A stretch of 63,273 nt of DNA, the filler included, from Octopus bimaculoides (taxonomy: Eukaryota): NCBI RefSeq assembly GCF_001194135.2. It is 9 parts of 8 records of this genome, joined end to end, with 100 filler letters (N's around TTAATTAATTAA, not from the genome) between each part and the next. Parts side by side here need not be neighbours in the genome. Positions count along the whole stretch, not along the records: positions 1 to 8,567 come from NC_068982.1; positions 8,668 to 16,394 come from NC_068983.1; 7 more parts are not named here. One strand, 5' to 3'. Positions 1 through 11,664 of the stretch are shown here, in pieces. The position numbers and the translations under genes are program-made. Positions within the stretch are counted from its first letter, which is position 1, and each line of letters opens with the position of its first letter. The notes under the pieces are model-generated. The model saw nothing but the letters and a program-made list of their open reading frames with translations, made no database searches and was not told where the DNA came from.

Positions 1-650
1 TTGAAGAAAATCCTGCATTATCAGTTGAAGAAGTGGCAATAAAGCTAAGTTCAAACCATACAACTGTCCATCATCATCTTCAACAACTTGGAAAGGTTCC
101 TAAACTTGGAAAATGGGTGCCTCATGAATTGTCCCTAAAGCAACCGCAAATCCCGAGTTGACATCTGCTCTTCTCTCCATTCTCGCGAACTCATTTCACC
201 CTTTTTGGATAGATTTGTGACTGCTGACGAAAAATGGATCTTTTATCGAAATGTTGAATGCCGTAAACAGTGGATTGGTAAAAGGGAAAGAACTCAACCA
301 CAACCGAGAAGGGAACTTCATGGGAAAAAGGTTCTTCTCTCTATCTGGTGGGATTGCAAAGGAGTAGTTCACTTTGAATTGTTACCATCTAATGCAACAA
401 TCAATGCTCAAGTCTACTGTCAGCAATTAGAGTGTTTGAACCAAGCTTTGAAGAATAAAAGACCTGCTTTTCTGAAGCGAAAACGAGTGATGTTTCATCA
501 GGACAATGCGCGACCCCACACTGCAATGATCACATCACAGAAGGTCGAAGAGCTTGGTTGGGAAAAAATTCCTCATCCACCTTATTCTCCCGACCTTGCT
601 CCTTCAGACTACCATTTGTTTCATAGTTTAGAGAATCATTTGGGGGACAT
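1..650 (+). mobile_element. Mariner (D34D) transposase pseudogene fragment, truncated by window start and N gap
   Basis: WVPHEL motif in frame 3, then a frameshift to frame 1 with TADEKW, HQDNARPH and YSPDLAPSDY; 34 residues separate the second and third Asp. Confidence 0.95.
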
Positions 651-1769
651 NNNNNNNNNNNNNNNNNNNNNNNNNNNNNNNNNNNNNNNNNNNNNNNNNN
701 NNNNNNNNNNNNNNNNNNNNNNNNNNNNNNNNNNNNNNNNNNNNNNNNNNNNNNNNNNNNNNNNNNNNNNNNNNNNNNNNNNNNNNNNNNNNNNNNNNNN
801 NNNNNNNNNNNNNNNNNNNNNNNNNNNNNNNNNNNNNNNNNNNNNNNNNNNNNNNNNNNNNNNNNNNNNNNNNNNNNNNNNNNNNNNNNNNNNNNNNNNN
901 NNNNNNNNNNNNNNNNNNNNNNNNNNNNNNNNNNNNNNNNNNNNNNNNNNNNNNNNNNNNNNNNNNNNNNNNNNNNNNNNNNNNNNNNNNNNNNNNNNNN
1001 NNNNNNNNNNNNNNNNNNNNNNNNNNNNNNNNNNNNNNNNNNNNNNNNNNNNNNNNNNNNNNNNNNNNNNNNNNNNNNNNNNNNNNNNNNNNNNNNNNNN
1101 NNNNNNNNNNNNNNNNNNNNNNNNNNNNNNNNNNNNNNNNNNNNNNNNNNNNNNNNNNNNNNNNNNNNNNNNNNNNNNNNNNNNNNNNNNNNNNNNNNNN
1201 NNNNNNNNNNNNNNNNNNNNNNNNNNNNNNNNNNNNNNNNNNNNNNNNNNNNNNNNNNNNNNNNNNNNNNNNNNNNNNNNNNNNNNNNNNNNNNNNNNNN
1301 NNNNNNNNNNNNNNNNNNNNNNNNNNNNNNNNNNNNNNNNNNNNNNNNNNNNNNNNNNNNNNNNNNNNNNNNNNNTAGAATGCAGAAAAATTATACGTTT
1401 ACATGTTTAAATTACACGTTGATATGTATGCTTAGCATAATACAATACAATTGTCTATTCATAAATTAATGCCAATAAAGAAAGCTAACTCATGAGATCA
1501 CTGGAACATCGTGGTTACATCTACCGTTCAGCTATAATTTATCGCTTCGATCTTCTGGATTTTTAATTACGCGGATATATCAAATTACATGACATTATAT
1601 TTGATTACAAAGTGACTGATAGCCGATTCCGAAGGAAGAACTTACTGTGGTAGCCACACGATTCTCTGAAACCATATTTTGTACTGCTCCTTTTTATATT
1701 ATTTGCAAGCGTTTTGCAGATACAAGTGTTACTAGTTGAAAGCTCTGCGTACCGGACACTAGCAAACTT

Positions 1770-2189
1770 AGAGGGTCATTAGGAGGGAATGCGCCACGTT
1801 TCAGGACTTTTCTCTCAACGGCATTATTGCGCATCGCCCTACCCTCTCACTGAGACGCCACCCCACTTACTAGATCAACTGGTTACTGGACTTCACTCAT
1901 CGGCTCTTTTTAACCAAATTCAGTGGCTTACCTTTTCCCCTGTAGCCTGGATATTGCTCATAATGGTATTTGCTTTATTTTGAGTTAGGTCTAGCAACGA
2001 CAACCATCGCCTCATACTGTTTTCAATAAATCCTCTACATCCAACTTCGATTGGATAATGTTGTTTTTCAATCTGTGTTTTCACATTCATCAAGATGTCC
2101 ATAACAGTCGATCTTTCGAGGCCGAGCGGCGTCCATTTTATCTTCATGAGGAACCGTTAGGTCGACCGACTTATTACTCTCTTCGCTAC

Positions 2190-2190
<1 letters not shown>
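1770..2190 (-). mobile_element. Hero-like (restriction-like endonuclease) non-LTR retrotransposon, 3' fragment
   Basis: Translates as VDLTVPHEDKMDAARPRK, frameshift, PIEVGCRGF...SH*IWLKR. This matches the C-terminus of Hero/R2-superclade REL domains. The 5' junction abuts a (GA)n tract. Confidence 0.75.
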
Positions 2191-2221
<31 letters not shown>

Positions 2222-2440
2222 CATGTGTGTATGTGTGTGTGTGTGTGTTGTGTGTGCGTATGTATTGCGTGTGTGTGTATGTGTGTGGTGTGCGTGTGTG
2301 TGTGTGGTGTGTGTATGTGTGTGTGTGTAGTTGTGTGTGTGTCTGTGCGTCGTGCGTGTGTATGTGTGTGTGTGTTTACACTACACACATACATTCGCAC
2401 TTATATACGTACGTCGTAAGTGTAAGCATACAGATGCATA

Positions 2441-2470
<30 letters not shown>
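2190..2470. repeat. Compound (CT)n/(GT)n microsatellite
   Basis: Direct inspection. Confidence 0.95.
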
Positions 2471-2475
<5 letters not shown>

Positions 2476-3108
2476 ATAGAAACGTACATACGTGTCTGTA
2501 TAATCTTGTTTTGGAGCATCTAGTGTTATTTTTTGTTGTTGTTGTTGTTGTTGTTCTTCTTCTTCTTCTAATTTATTGTGTTCATATAAAATGAGTTTCT
2601 GAATGGATGTGTGAGTGCTAAATAATGGAATCGTCAGTGTTGTATGAATATATTTTTATCTCTGTATTCTCAAAGTAAGTAGTCTTGTATATTTCGTTGT
2701 TTTATATAGACGTTGTTGATAGTTGCTTCCGATCTTATGTTTGATAAACAACGGATATTCTTTGTGTGTTATCATAATGCATAATTTTCCTTATTTTCAT
2801 ATGGTTCTTCATTTTGATCTCATTGACTATGATAGTACTATTGTTCGCTAGTTAAATTCTGTTTTAGTTTTAATTGCAGCTATTGATGGAATGTATACAC
2901 TTCTGAGATACATTATTCTCTTTAAATTCGTGCTAGTTTTATGAATATTCGATACCTCATGACGTCTGCAATTGTCTGCCGGGCATATTTATGTGTGCGT
3001 ATGAGAACGTATGTCTTTACAAGGTTTAAGCTTTGTTGTATTAGCATTTTGTTGCTACCGATATTTTGATTGCTTTGCTGAACTGGTGTCGTATACATAC
3101 ATACATAT

Positions 3109-3161
<53 letters not shown>

Positions 3162-3369
3162 NNNNNNNNNNNNNNNNNNNNNNNNNNNNNNNNNNNNNNN
3201 NNNNNNNNNNNNNNNNNNNNNNNNNNNNNNNNNNNNNNNNNNNNNNNNNNNNNNNNNNNNNNNNNNNNNNNNNNNNNNNNNNNNNNNNNNNNNNNNNNNN
3301 NNNNNNNNNNNNNNNNNNNNNNNNNNNNNNNNNNNNNNNNNNNNNNNNNNNNNNNNNNNNNNNNNNNNN

Positions 3370-3418
<49 letters not shown>

Positions 3419-3512
3419 CAAACATAAGAACACATTAAAGAGTCTACCCGCTAGAAATGAGAGCTAAAATCCTCATTTGGACCACACAAAAAAAAAAAAT
3501 TAACACAGAAAG

Positions 3513-3642
3513 TAACAGATTCAACAGTATACAAGCAAGTGAATCGAAAAAATCTCTTACATGTCTATATAGTATAAAGCTATATATTTAACGGTACACG
3601 TATTTTTTCGATCCACTTGCTCGTATACTGTTGAATCTGTTA
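3513..3642. mobile_element. Small MITE-like hairpin, 40-bp inverted arms beginning and ending in TA
   Basis: 3513-3552 (taacagattcaacagtatacaagcaagtgaatcgaaaaaa) is the reverse complement of 3603-3642 with 2 mismatches. Confidence 0.7.
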
Positions 3643-3908
3643 TTTCTTACTAGGAAAACGTCATTCCGTATGAAGTATTTACATGTGTCTATTCATACAT
3701 TATCGTCTAAAAATCTATAGAAATTTTTTGGTGATCTATATGAGGATTTTAACTCTCATTTCTAGCAGGTAGACACTTTAATGTTTCCTTATGATTAATT
3801 TTAATTTTAATTTTAATTCTATAGCTATATATAATGCCTGCAACCACCTATATTAAAATTGTTGTCGTTATCAACTATTTGTATTGCCTTCGATAATAAT
3901 AACAATAT

Positions 3909-3998
<90 letters not shown>

Positions 3999-4029
3999 GT
4001 TTATGAGTAGAATTACGTGGTAGATCTTC

Positions 4030-4500
4030 AATTAAGTGGTGAAGTTGTTTTTCTTGTACTTCTACACATTCACCTGTTGTCTTCTGAAGACAGTGGTGAA
4101 ACTGAAGATCCTACTGTTGACTTTTTCATCCGTGTTTTTGAGAGTAACCTACTGAGGTAGGAGAGCCTGTCAATTTCCCCAAGTTTTTGTCCATTCTCGG
4201 TACAAATTTCCAAGTATGCTACACTACCTCAGTCTTCATTGTAAATTTTAGGCTAAAGTTGGCTCAAACTGTTGTGAACTGGCCCAACTCTCACTACATC
4301 TCCTGCTCGCAAGAAAGTTGAGAGGTCAGTTGTTGTTAGGAAGTTCTTGAGAACAACTTCTTTTGCTTTAATGAGAATTTGAAGACGGCAGGCGTTGTTC
4401 AACATGCCATCAATACAAAACTTGACGCCAATGTCCTGAGTGCTGCTGTCGAAAACATCAGTTAGCATTGCCGAAAACATGATACTGAAGTGTGTGAGGA
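4030..4500 (-). mobile_element. RTE-clade LINE reverse transcriptase fragment (degenerate)
   Basis: FSAMLTDVF...GVKFCIDG...RLQ...KEVVLKNFL followed by NGQKL...VNSRI resembles the RTE/BovB RT region around and after FADD; many stops and shifts. Confidence 0.75.
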
Positions 4501-5006
4501 GTTAGAACACAAGTTTATTTGACATTATTTCTTACTAGGAAGGCGTCATTCCGTATAAAGTATTTACATGTGTCTATTCATACAATATCGGCTAAAAATC
4601 TATAGAAATATTCCGTTGTACAATAAAGCATTGAAACAAAACACTGTTAACACAGCAGCAATTTATCATTGTTGGTGTCTTAATTTCATATCTAAAAATA
4701 TATGGAATTCTAGATAGGAAATAAGATATTTTGTCATTAGATCATTTTATGATAAAAGTTTTCCAATAAAACAAGACACAAAAATAAAAGCACAAAAATA
4801 AAAACAGCAAAAATCATGCATTTTATATTTATTTCTATTTATTATGTATTTAAAAATTTTTAATGTTTGAATTTTGCCTAATTTCCTCTACTATTATTTT
4901 TTTGGTCTTTATCGTTTGAGAGAGAGAGAGTCGTGTACATAGAAGCTACAAACCAGGCTCAGATTCGAGAATTTAAATAACATACAGAACATATATCATT
5001 ATATGG

Positions 5007-5060
5007 CTGGACAAACTGATGATAGGGTCATGAAACCTTGAAACAGATCATGTGGACCAG
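5007..5060 (+). ncRNA. Degenerate hammerhead-ribozyme-like motif
   Basis: CTGATGA, stem (AGGGT/ACCTT), GAAAC, then a palindromic GATC. There is an extra base before stem II and no valid NUH triplet. Confidence 0.3.
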
Positions 5061-5456
5061 AGAAAACTTCCATACAAGCAGAAAATATCAATACATAATT
5101 TAAAAATAAAAGAAAAACAACTAAGGAACAATAAATGTGCTTGAACAAAACAGGGAACAAAAAGAAAGCAAAATCGTGTATTTAACCAAATACGTATGAA
5201 AGAAATGCTTTGTGCTTCTGAGTGTGTATAAGATATATTTACATGTGTGNNNNNNNNNNNNNNNNNNNNNNNNNNNNNNNNNNNNNNNNNNNNNNNNNNN
5301 NNNNNNNNNNNNNNNNNNNNNNNNNNNNNNNNNNNNNNNNNNNNNNNNNNNNNNNNNNNNNNNNNNNNNNNNNNNNNNNNNNNNNNNNNNNNNNNNNNNN
5401 NNNNNNNNNNNNNNNNNNNNNNNNNNNNNNNNNNNNNNNNNNNNNNNNNNNNNNNN

Positions 5457-5531
<75 letters not shown>

Positions 5532-6028
5532 GTCGGTGTGTGTAAACATCTCCTCATGCATATACATACACATTTCATTCCCACATTTTTACTTTCGTTT
5601 TCCTTTGCACGCGATCCCTTACCTCTCCTACCCTGATGCGCTCACATTCCCCCCCACCTTCCCTCTGTGTGTGTTTCTGTCTGTCTCTGTACCCTCTTAA
5701 TCTCTCCTCTCCCTCTCTCTCTCTGTCTCTCTGTCCAGAGTTACATCAAAAAATTAGCCATCCGTAGACTGCTGCATCAAGTCTTTAAGAAGATTGTCTG
5801 AGTCATCATTCTATAATGTGTTGCAATATAAACTTGGTTGGTTTACAACTAATTCTATCGTTTGGAGCCAGGCAGAAGAGATATCTGAATTTGAATGGTA
5901 CAGCTAACTATGTAATGTTGCTGCTTACACACAAGCACACTGGCATCTATGCGTACACATGAATTCATAAATGTGTATCTATGCATGTATGTATGTATGT
6001 ATGTATATATTATATATGTATGTATGTG

Positions 6029-6068
<40 letters not shown>

Positions 6069-6422
6069 NNNNNNNNNNNNNNNNNNNNNNNNNNNNNNNN
6101 NNNNNNNNNNNNNNNNNNNNNNNNNNNNNNNNNNNNNNNNNNNNNNNNNNNNNNNNNNNNNNNNNNNNNNNNNNNNNNNNNNNNNNNNNNNNNNNNNNNN
6201 NNNNNNNNNNNNNNNNNNNNNNNNNNNNNNNNNNNNNNNNNNNNNNNNNNNNNNNNNNNNNNNNNNNNNNNNNNNNNNNNNNNNNNNNNNNNNNNNNNNN
6301 NNNNNNNNNNNNNNNNNNNNNNNNNNNNNNNNNNNNNNNNNNNNNNNNNNNNNNNNNNNNNNNNNNNNNNNNNNNNNNNNNNNNNNNNNAGCCTCTTCAT
6401 GTCTGTATGTGGGAAAGATAAA

Positions 6423-6492
6423 GTGAGAAACAGAGAGTGAGAAACAGAGAGTGAGAAACAGAGAGTGAGAAACAGAGAGTGAGAAACAGAGA
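6423..6492. repeat. 14-bp minisatellite (GTGAGAAACAGAGA) x5
   Basis: Five perfect tandem copies. Confidence 0.95.
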
Positions 6493-7155
6493 GAGAGAGA
6501 TGTGTGTGTGTGTGTGTGTGCGTGCGTGCGTTTGCATGCGTATATATAAGGCATAAGTCACCAATATGTAAATGTAGTGATGAAATTCCCTTACTTCTTG
6601 AAAAGGTTTGAGAATGCTGGGCGCTTGTAATTAATAGAATGAATGACTGGTAGATCGACTGATTGATAAAATGAATGAATAAATGAATAAATGAATGAGT
6701 TGACAAAGTAAGAATTTATCTGGAGAATATATTTATTTTTAGGTATATATTTTTATCTCTAAATACAGATTAACTGTTTAACATATAACATAGTTGGCAT
6801 TGCGGATTTCAGAAGTGTTATATGTATGCATAGAATTCGTGAAATGAAATATTTAAATTGAACTAAAGAAAAACCAGAGTTATGCAATTAGAGTATTATT
6901 ATACGTATAATGTACAGACTGTGTAGAAATATATAAGTATAGAAATGATATTCTCTAAAGGACAGTCGGATGGAAGATTACATTTTGTAATGCACACGAA
7001 AACCGATTCAGTGTAGTTCTCAAATTTTGGCGAAATTCCATAATACTTTAATTAGAATTGGTAAGGTGTAAATATTATAGATGATACATGTGTATGTGAT
7101 AGGTAGTTTTTCTGGAAGTAAACGCTGATGTGAAAGTAAAAGCTGTGGAACTTAC

Positions 7156-7239
7156 TCGGCTTCGGATCACAGCCTCTACTTGTTAACAACATATAGCTGT
7201 AACCCAAATTGTCGCTACAAATGCGAGACCAATTAAACT
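7156..7239 (-). other. Candidate 84-nt internal exon
   Basis: Flanked by tttttggcag and gtaagt; open in phase 1-1 (FNWSRICSDNLGYSYMLLTSRGCDPKP). No family recognised. Confidence 0.25.
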
Positions 7240-7545
7240 CTGCCAAAAACTACATCACTAACACTAGAATTCCTCTTTCGCGCCAGGAATTTCTTCAGTT
7301 TCTGATCAATTATTGATTCTCAGTTGAGCTCAAGTAAGACCTACACTGAAGTGCTTACTCATGAACTTACACCTTGGATTTCTTTTGAAAGGAAGGTTAT
7401 TGAAATTATTGGCCACGATTTGAGCACCAACTGGTTTTAGTCACTCGCTCTGCTTCTTAAAATACCATCGACTGGTCATATATAATGAAGTGGATGGCGA
7501 CTACATGAAAGAAGACAGCGCTTAACTGTAAGCAATGGTGTAGGG

Positions 7546-8048
7546 CAGTGGTTCCCAAACTTTTTAGAGACACGACCCACTATTTATGACACCAGTTTAT
7601 GGCGACCCAGTTAACTCTAATGGGTTAAAAACTATTTATATTAAATGTGAAACAAGACGTTTTATAACTGTCTCAATGTCTCCATACCCTATGGGCAGGT
7701 ATTAACTCAAATACAAAACCTCGAAGCAGTAACTGTTATCGGCTCGATCAGTGTTGTACTGCGCCTAGTTAAAGTTCTCTATAAATAGGTAAAAACAGAC
7801 TTTTCCTTTTTACGATTATGTACGAATAAATAACTTGAGAAAATGACCACCTCTGATTTGTTGAGTTCGTGAAAAAAGCCTACTGCTTGATAAAACAACC
7901 AGTCTGGTATTGAAAACATGAGTCTTGAACTATCTCGATAGATAGCAGTTAATCAAAGCTAATGCGTAATTTTATAACTTTTTGCGACCCACTAGGATTC
8001 CGTTCGCGTCCTATCAATGGGTCGCGACTCATAGATTGGGAACCACTG
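7546..8048. mobile_element. Non-autonomous hAT (Charlie-type) element, 503 bp
   Basis: TIRs CAGTGGTTCCCAA / TTGGGAACCACTG; perfect 8-bp TSD GTGTAGGG at 7538-7545 and 8049-8056 with central TA. Confidence 0.95.
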
Positions 8049-8567
8049 GTGTAGGGCTATAAAGAAAGAAATAAATGTGGCACAGTCAGACAGGATAATA
8101 CAAGGAAAAGCTAGAACAAGGTTCACTACTCAAGGTCTGCCAACAATATTCTGCAATACTAAGTTATAGTACAGGTACAATGTTCTCTGTTTCTTTATAT
8201 ATCCTCATCAAACATATCAGTCCACCATTTCTCCTCCTTTCTCCACTTAAATTATGTTTTACTTCTCAAACCCTATTACTTCAGAATTTACTCCATCCTT
8301 GCTCACTAGAGCTGGGGCTCTCTGGAATTTTCATTTCATTCTCATTTTTCTTTCGGGAACAGAGCTATTCAAACTGAATTTTAACCGTATCAATGTCACT
8401 GATCCGCGGTGATTTGAAAGATCGTAGCCAGTATTCCTTCTCATTTGGCTACCATATAATAACAAGAAAAGTTAAAGTACAAATTAGAAATGGGGAAAAG
8501 GTATTAAATACACGTCCGAAAAAAAAAAGAAGTAGTTTTCTCTTATTCGGAGAGATTTCCCTCTGTT

Positions 8568-8667
8568 NNNNNNNNNNNNNNNNNNNNNNNNNNNNNNNNN
8601 NNNNNNNNNNNTTAATTAATTAANNNNNNNNNNNNNNNNNNNNNNNNNNNNNNNNNNNNNNNNNNNN
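8568..8667. other. Artificial scaffold linker (44N-TTAATTAATTAA-44N)
   Basis: Fixed 100-bp structure with stops in all six frames; repeated identically eight times in the window. Confidence 0.95.
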
Positions 8668-8936
8668 AATATATTATTTTGCTTAAAAGAGTTCCAACAC
8701 TGTCTGTTTTTTATGTTTTATTTATATTCCTGCAGAACCAATGTGGGGTATAGAATATGGAATATACAATATATAATATAATATACAATATATAATATAA
8801 TATACAATATATAATATAAAATAAAATAAAAATGGATGGCACCATGAAATAAAGTATTGAATGTAGATGAAATATTGAGTGTTCAATATAAAGGATCAAA
8901 TATATAAATATATAAATATAAATATATATATATAAA

Positions 8937-8976
8937 GGCAACTCGAGTTTCAGGGCTATTTCCCTTCGTCATGGCC
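8937..8976 (-). ncRNA. Minimal hammerhead-ribozyme-like motif (one core insertion), probable Penelope-like terminal remnant
   Basis: GGC-CATGACGA-AGGG(AAATAG)CCCT-GAAA-CTCGAG-TT-GCC: stems I, II and a palindromic stem III are present, with an extra A in the CUGANGA box. Confidence 0.5.
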
Positions 8977-9348
8977 GGTATGACAGTCTTTAACATATAT
9001 ATATATACATACATATGTTTACATACATACATATACCTATAGATATGTGTGTATACACACACATATACACGCACACACAAACACACTCACGCCCATACAA
9101 TCACACACACACACACGCACACGCGCATCGCGAGAGGTGGTTCCGCCCCCTGTTACACAGAGTGTTACATTTTACTAATTCATTTTGCTTTTTTTAAAAG
9201 AAACAACTTCTTCCGCTTCGCCGGTTCAAGTGTGTGCGCCACGTGCTGGAAGACACGCCTCGACTAACCTCTACCGTGTAAAATATGTTACTTCTGTCTC
9301 TCTCTCACTCTCTATTTATCCCTCTATATCTCTGTCCCTCTCAATTTC

Positions 9349-9379
<31 letters not shown>

Positions 9380-9899
9380 CGAAACACACCTCTTTCCTTG
9401 GTTGAAGCAGGTAACACTTGTTCTTTATATTATTGTAGCTAGCATTTGCGCTTGGTCACACATTTTCGCATGAATACAAACGCACACACGTGCGACATAT
9501 ATACACATACGTATGCGCATGTGTATGTATTCAAGTTTTGTATATTTTATATACATTCATTAAGTTATGCAAACAAAATAAAATGTGTGCATGTATGCAT
9601 ACATATATATATATATGTATATATATNNNNNNNNNNNNNNNNNNNNNNNNNNNNNNNNNNNNNNNNNNNNNNNNNNNNNNNNNNNNNNNNNNNNNNNNNN
9701 NNNNNNNNNNNNNNNNNNNNNNNNNNNNNNNNNNNNNNNNNNNNNNNNNNNNNNNNNNNNNNNNNNNNNNNNNNNNNNNATATATATGTATATATGTGTG
9801 TTTGTGTATACATATGTATATTCATATATATATATATTCATATATATATATATATATGTACGTGTGTATGTGTGTGTGTCTTAGTATATTAGTATATAC

Positions 9900-9939
<40 letters not shown>

Positions 9940-9975
9940 ATAAGCGTGCATGCCACTTGTTGGCAGATATATTAC

Positions 9976-10006
<31 letters not shown>

Positions 10007-10073
10007 TCAATGAATGAATGAACGGATGCGTGTGTATATAGATGAATAAATAAATGCACATATTTATGCGTCT

Positions 10074-10117
<44 letters not shown>

Positions 10118-10689
10118 GGCAGGTGTTTAGTGTGTATATATGTGTATCGTATATATATGTGTGTCTGTGTGTATACACATACATGGACATATATGCACAC
10201 ACACGCACACATATAATCTCACATACACACATGCGTACATGAAGTCTTGTACACATACAACACATGCTTTTTATCGTCCCTTTCATCGTCTGCTTGCTCA
10301 ATACGTCACAATCTAGGTTATCGTTTCTATCTGCTGCATAGAACGTAGACTATCAACACGGCGTACATACACGTACACATACGCAGAAATACAAATACAC
10401 TTTTCTTTTTTTTTTACTGTGTTCCAGACCTAATTGCTCTCTAATTAATTTTAAACAATTTGAATAAATCATTATTGGGACCATCGACTATCTCTGTAGT
10501 GATATTTAACGAAGTGTTCCTTGCTGCCAGAGTTCTGTCCGTTCCACTTTTCATATTTGTCTGGTTGAATAACTAAACACTTAATAAGATGACGGAGTAA
10601 GGCCTGGTTATTCACCACAGCACAGTCTAAATGATGAAAGGCCAGTTGTGTACCTAATGAAAAGTAGTCATTATTTTGCTATAGGGCCG

Positions 10690-11290
10690 GCATTTAATTG
10701 CGGGGATTTTACGCTTTGAGTTCAAATCCTGTGGAGGTGAAATTTGTTGGGTGTTTTTTCTACGAGTTCGATAAAATCAAATCCCCGTCAAGAACTGGGA
10801 TTTATTTAAGTTATTCCCCTCCCTTAAATAACCTACTGACTTTTGCCGATATTAGAAATTTATTGAAATTTTTTTTCTAATTTTGGCACAAGGCCAGCAG
10901 TTTGACGGGGGTAGGTGAAGTCGATTATACTGACCCAAGTTGTGCACTGGTACTTATTTTATCGACCTCGCAAAGATGAAAGGCAGAGTCAACCATTTGA
11001 ACGTAAAGAGCCGGAAAAAACGCCACTAAGTATTTTGTCTAGCGCAGTAACAATTCTTAACCATTATTATTAGTACAAATGAGTTGGCATAATCTTTAGG
11101 ATGTTGGATAAAATGCTTAGTAGAATTCCTTCGGTTTTTACGTTCTAAGTTCAAATTCCGCTGTGTTCGCGTTTGCCTTTAATTCTTTCGGGTTCGATTA
11201 AATAAGTACCAGTTGAGCAATGAGGTCGATGTAATCGACTTATCCCATACTCCGAAACTTCTGGCTTTGTGCAAAAATTTGAAAGCGTTA
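10690..11290. mobile_element. Cluster of three degenerate tRNA-derived SINEs (family A) in +, -, + orientation
   Basis: Recurrent GAGTTCAAATTCC B-box and ...ataagtaccagtt...gtcgatgtaatcgac body shared with the better copies at 15954 and 21095. Confidence 0.75.
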
Positions 11291-11299
11291 TTTGAAAGT

Positions 11300-11612
11300 C
11301 ATCAAAGTTACCCTGGGGTACAAATATTCGAAGCCCAATATACCCATCATGACTACCCGTCTGATAAGGTACACTAGGCACATGCATCACAACCATATGT
11401 GCGCAACGTGGTGATCTTATATCAAAATAAACAGCACATGACCTTGCAGGTGGGGCCCAGTTAGAATTTTCTTCAGGTCGAGTAGCCCATCCCGCTCAAA
11501 AGGTCCCTGAATAAGGTTTGCTTAGGAATGATGAAAGAAACACCCATGCTTCCAGACGTGAATTATTCAAACTCCAAAGAAGTCCTCTCAACACATGGCT
11601 ATGATTCTCCTC
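11300..11612 (-). mobile_element. Non-coding interspersed repeat 'F', partial copy
   Basis: About 11365-11612 is the reverse complement of about 35750-35980 (e.g. gcacatgcatcacaacc, ttgcaggtggggcccagttag, ctctcaacacatggctatgat); stops in all frames checked. Confidence 0.8.
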
Positions 11613-11664
11613 ATATTATTATTGTTGTAGTTGTTGTTGTCGTCGTTTTTATTGAAACAGAAAT

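Noticed and set aside
5739-5801. Possible terminal exon SYIKKLAIRRLLHQVFKKIV*
   Set aside because: The acceptor's pyrimidine tract is a (CT)n microsatellite, the peptide is short and unrecognised, and it is opposite in strand to the other exon candidate on this scaffold.
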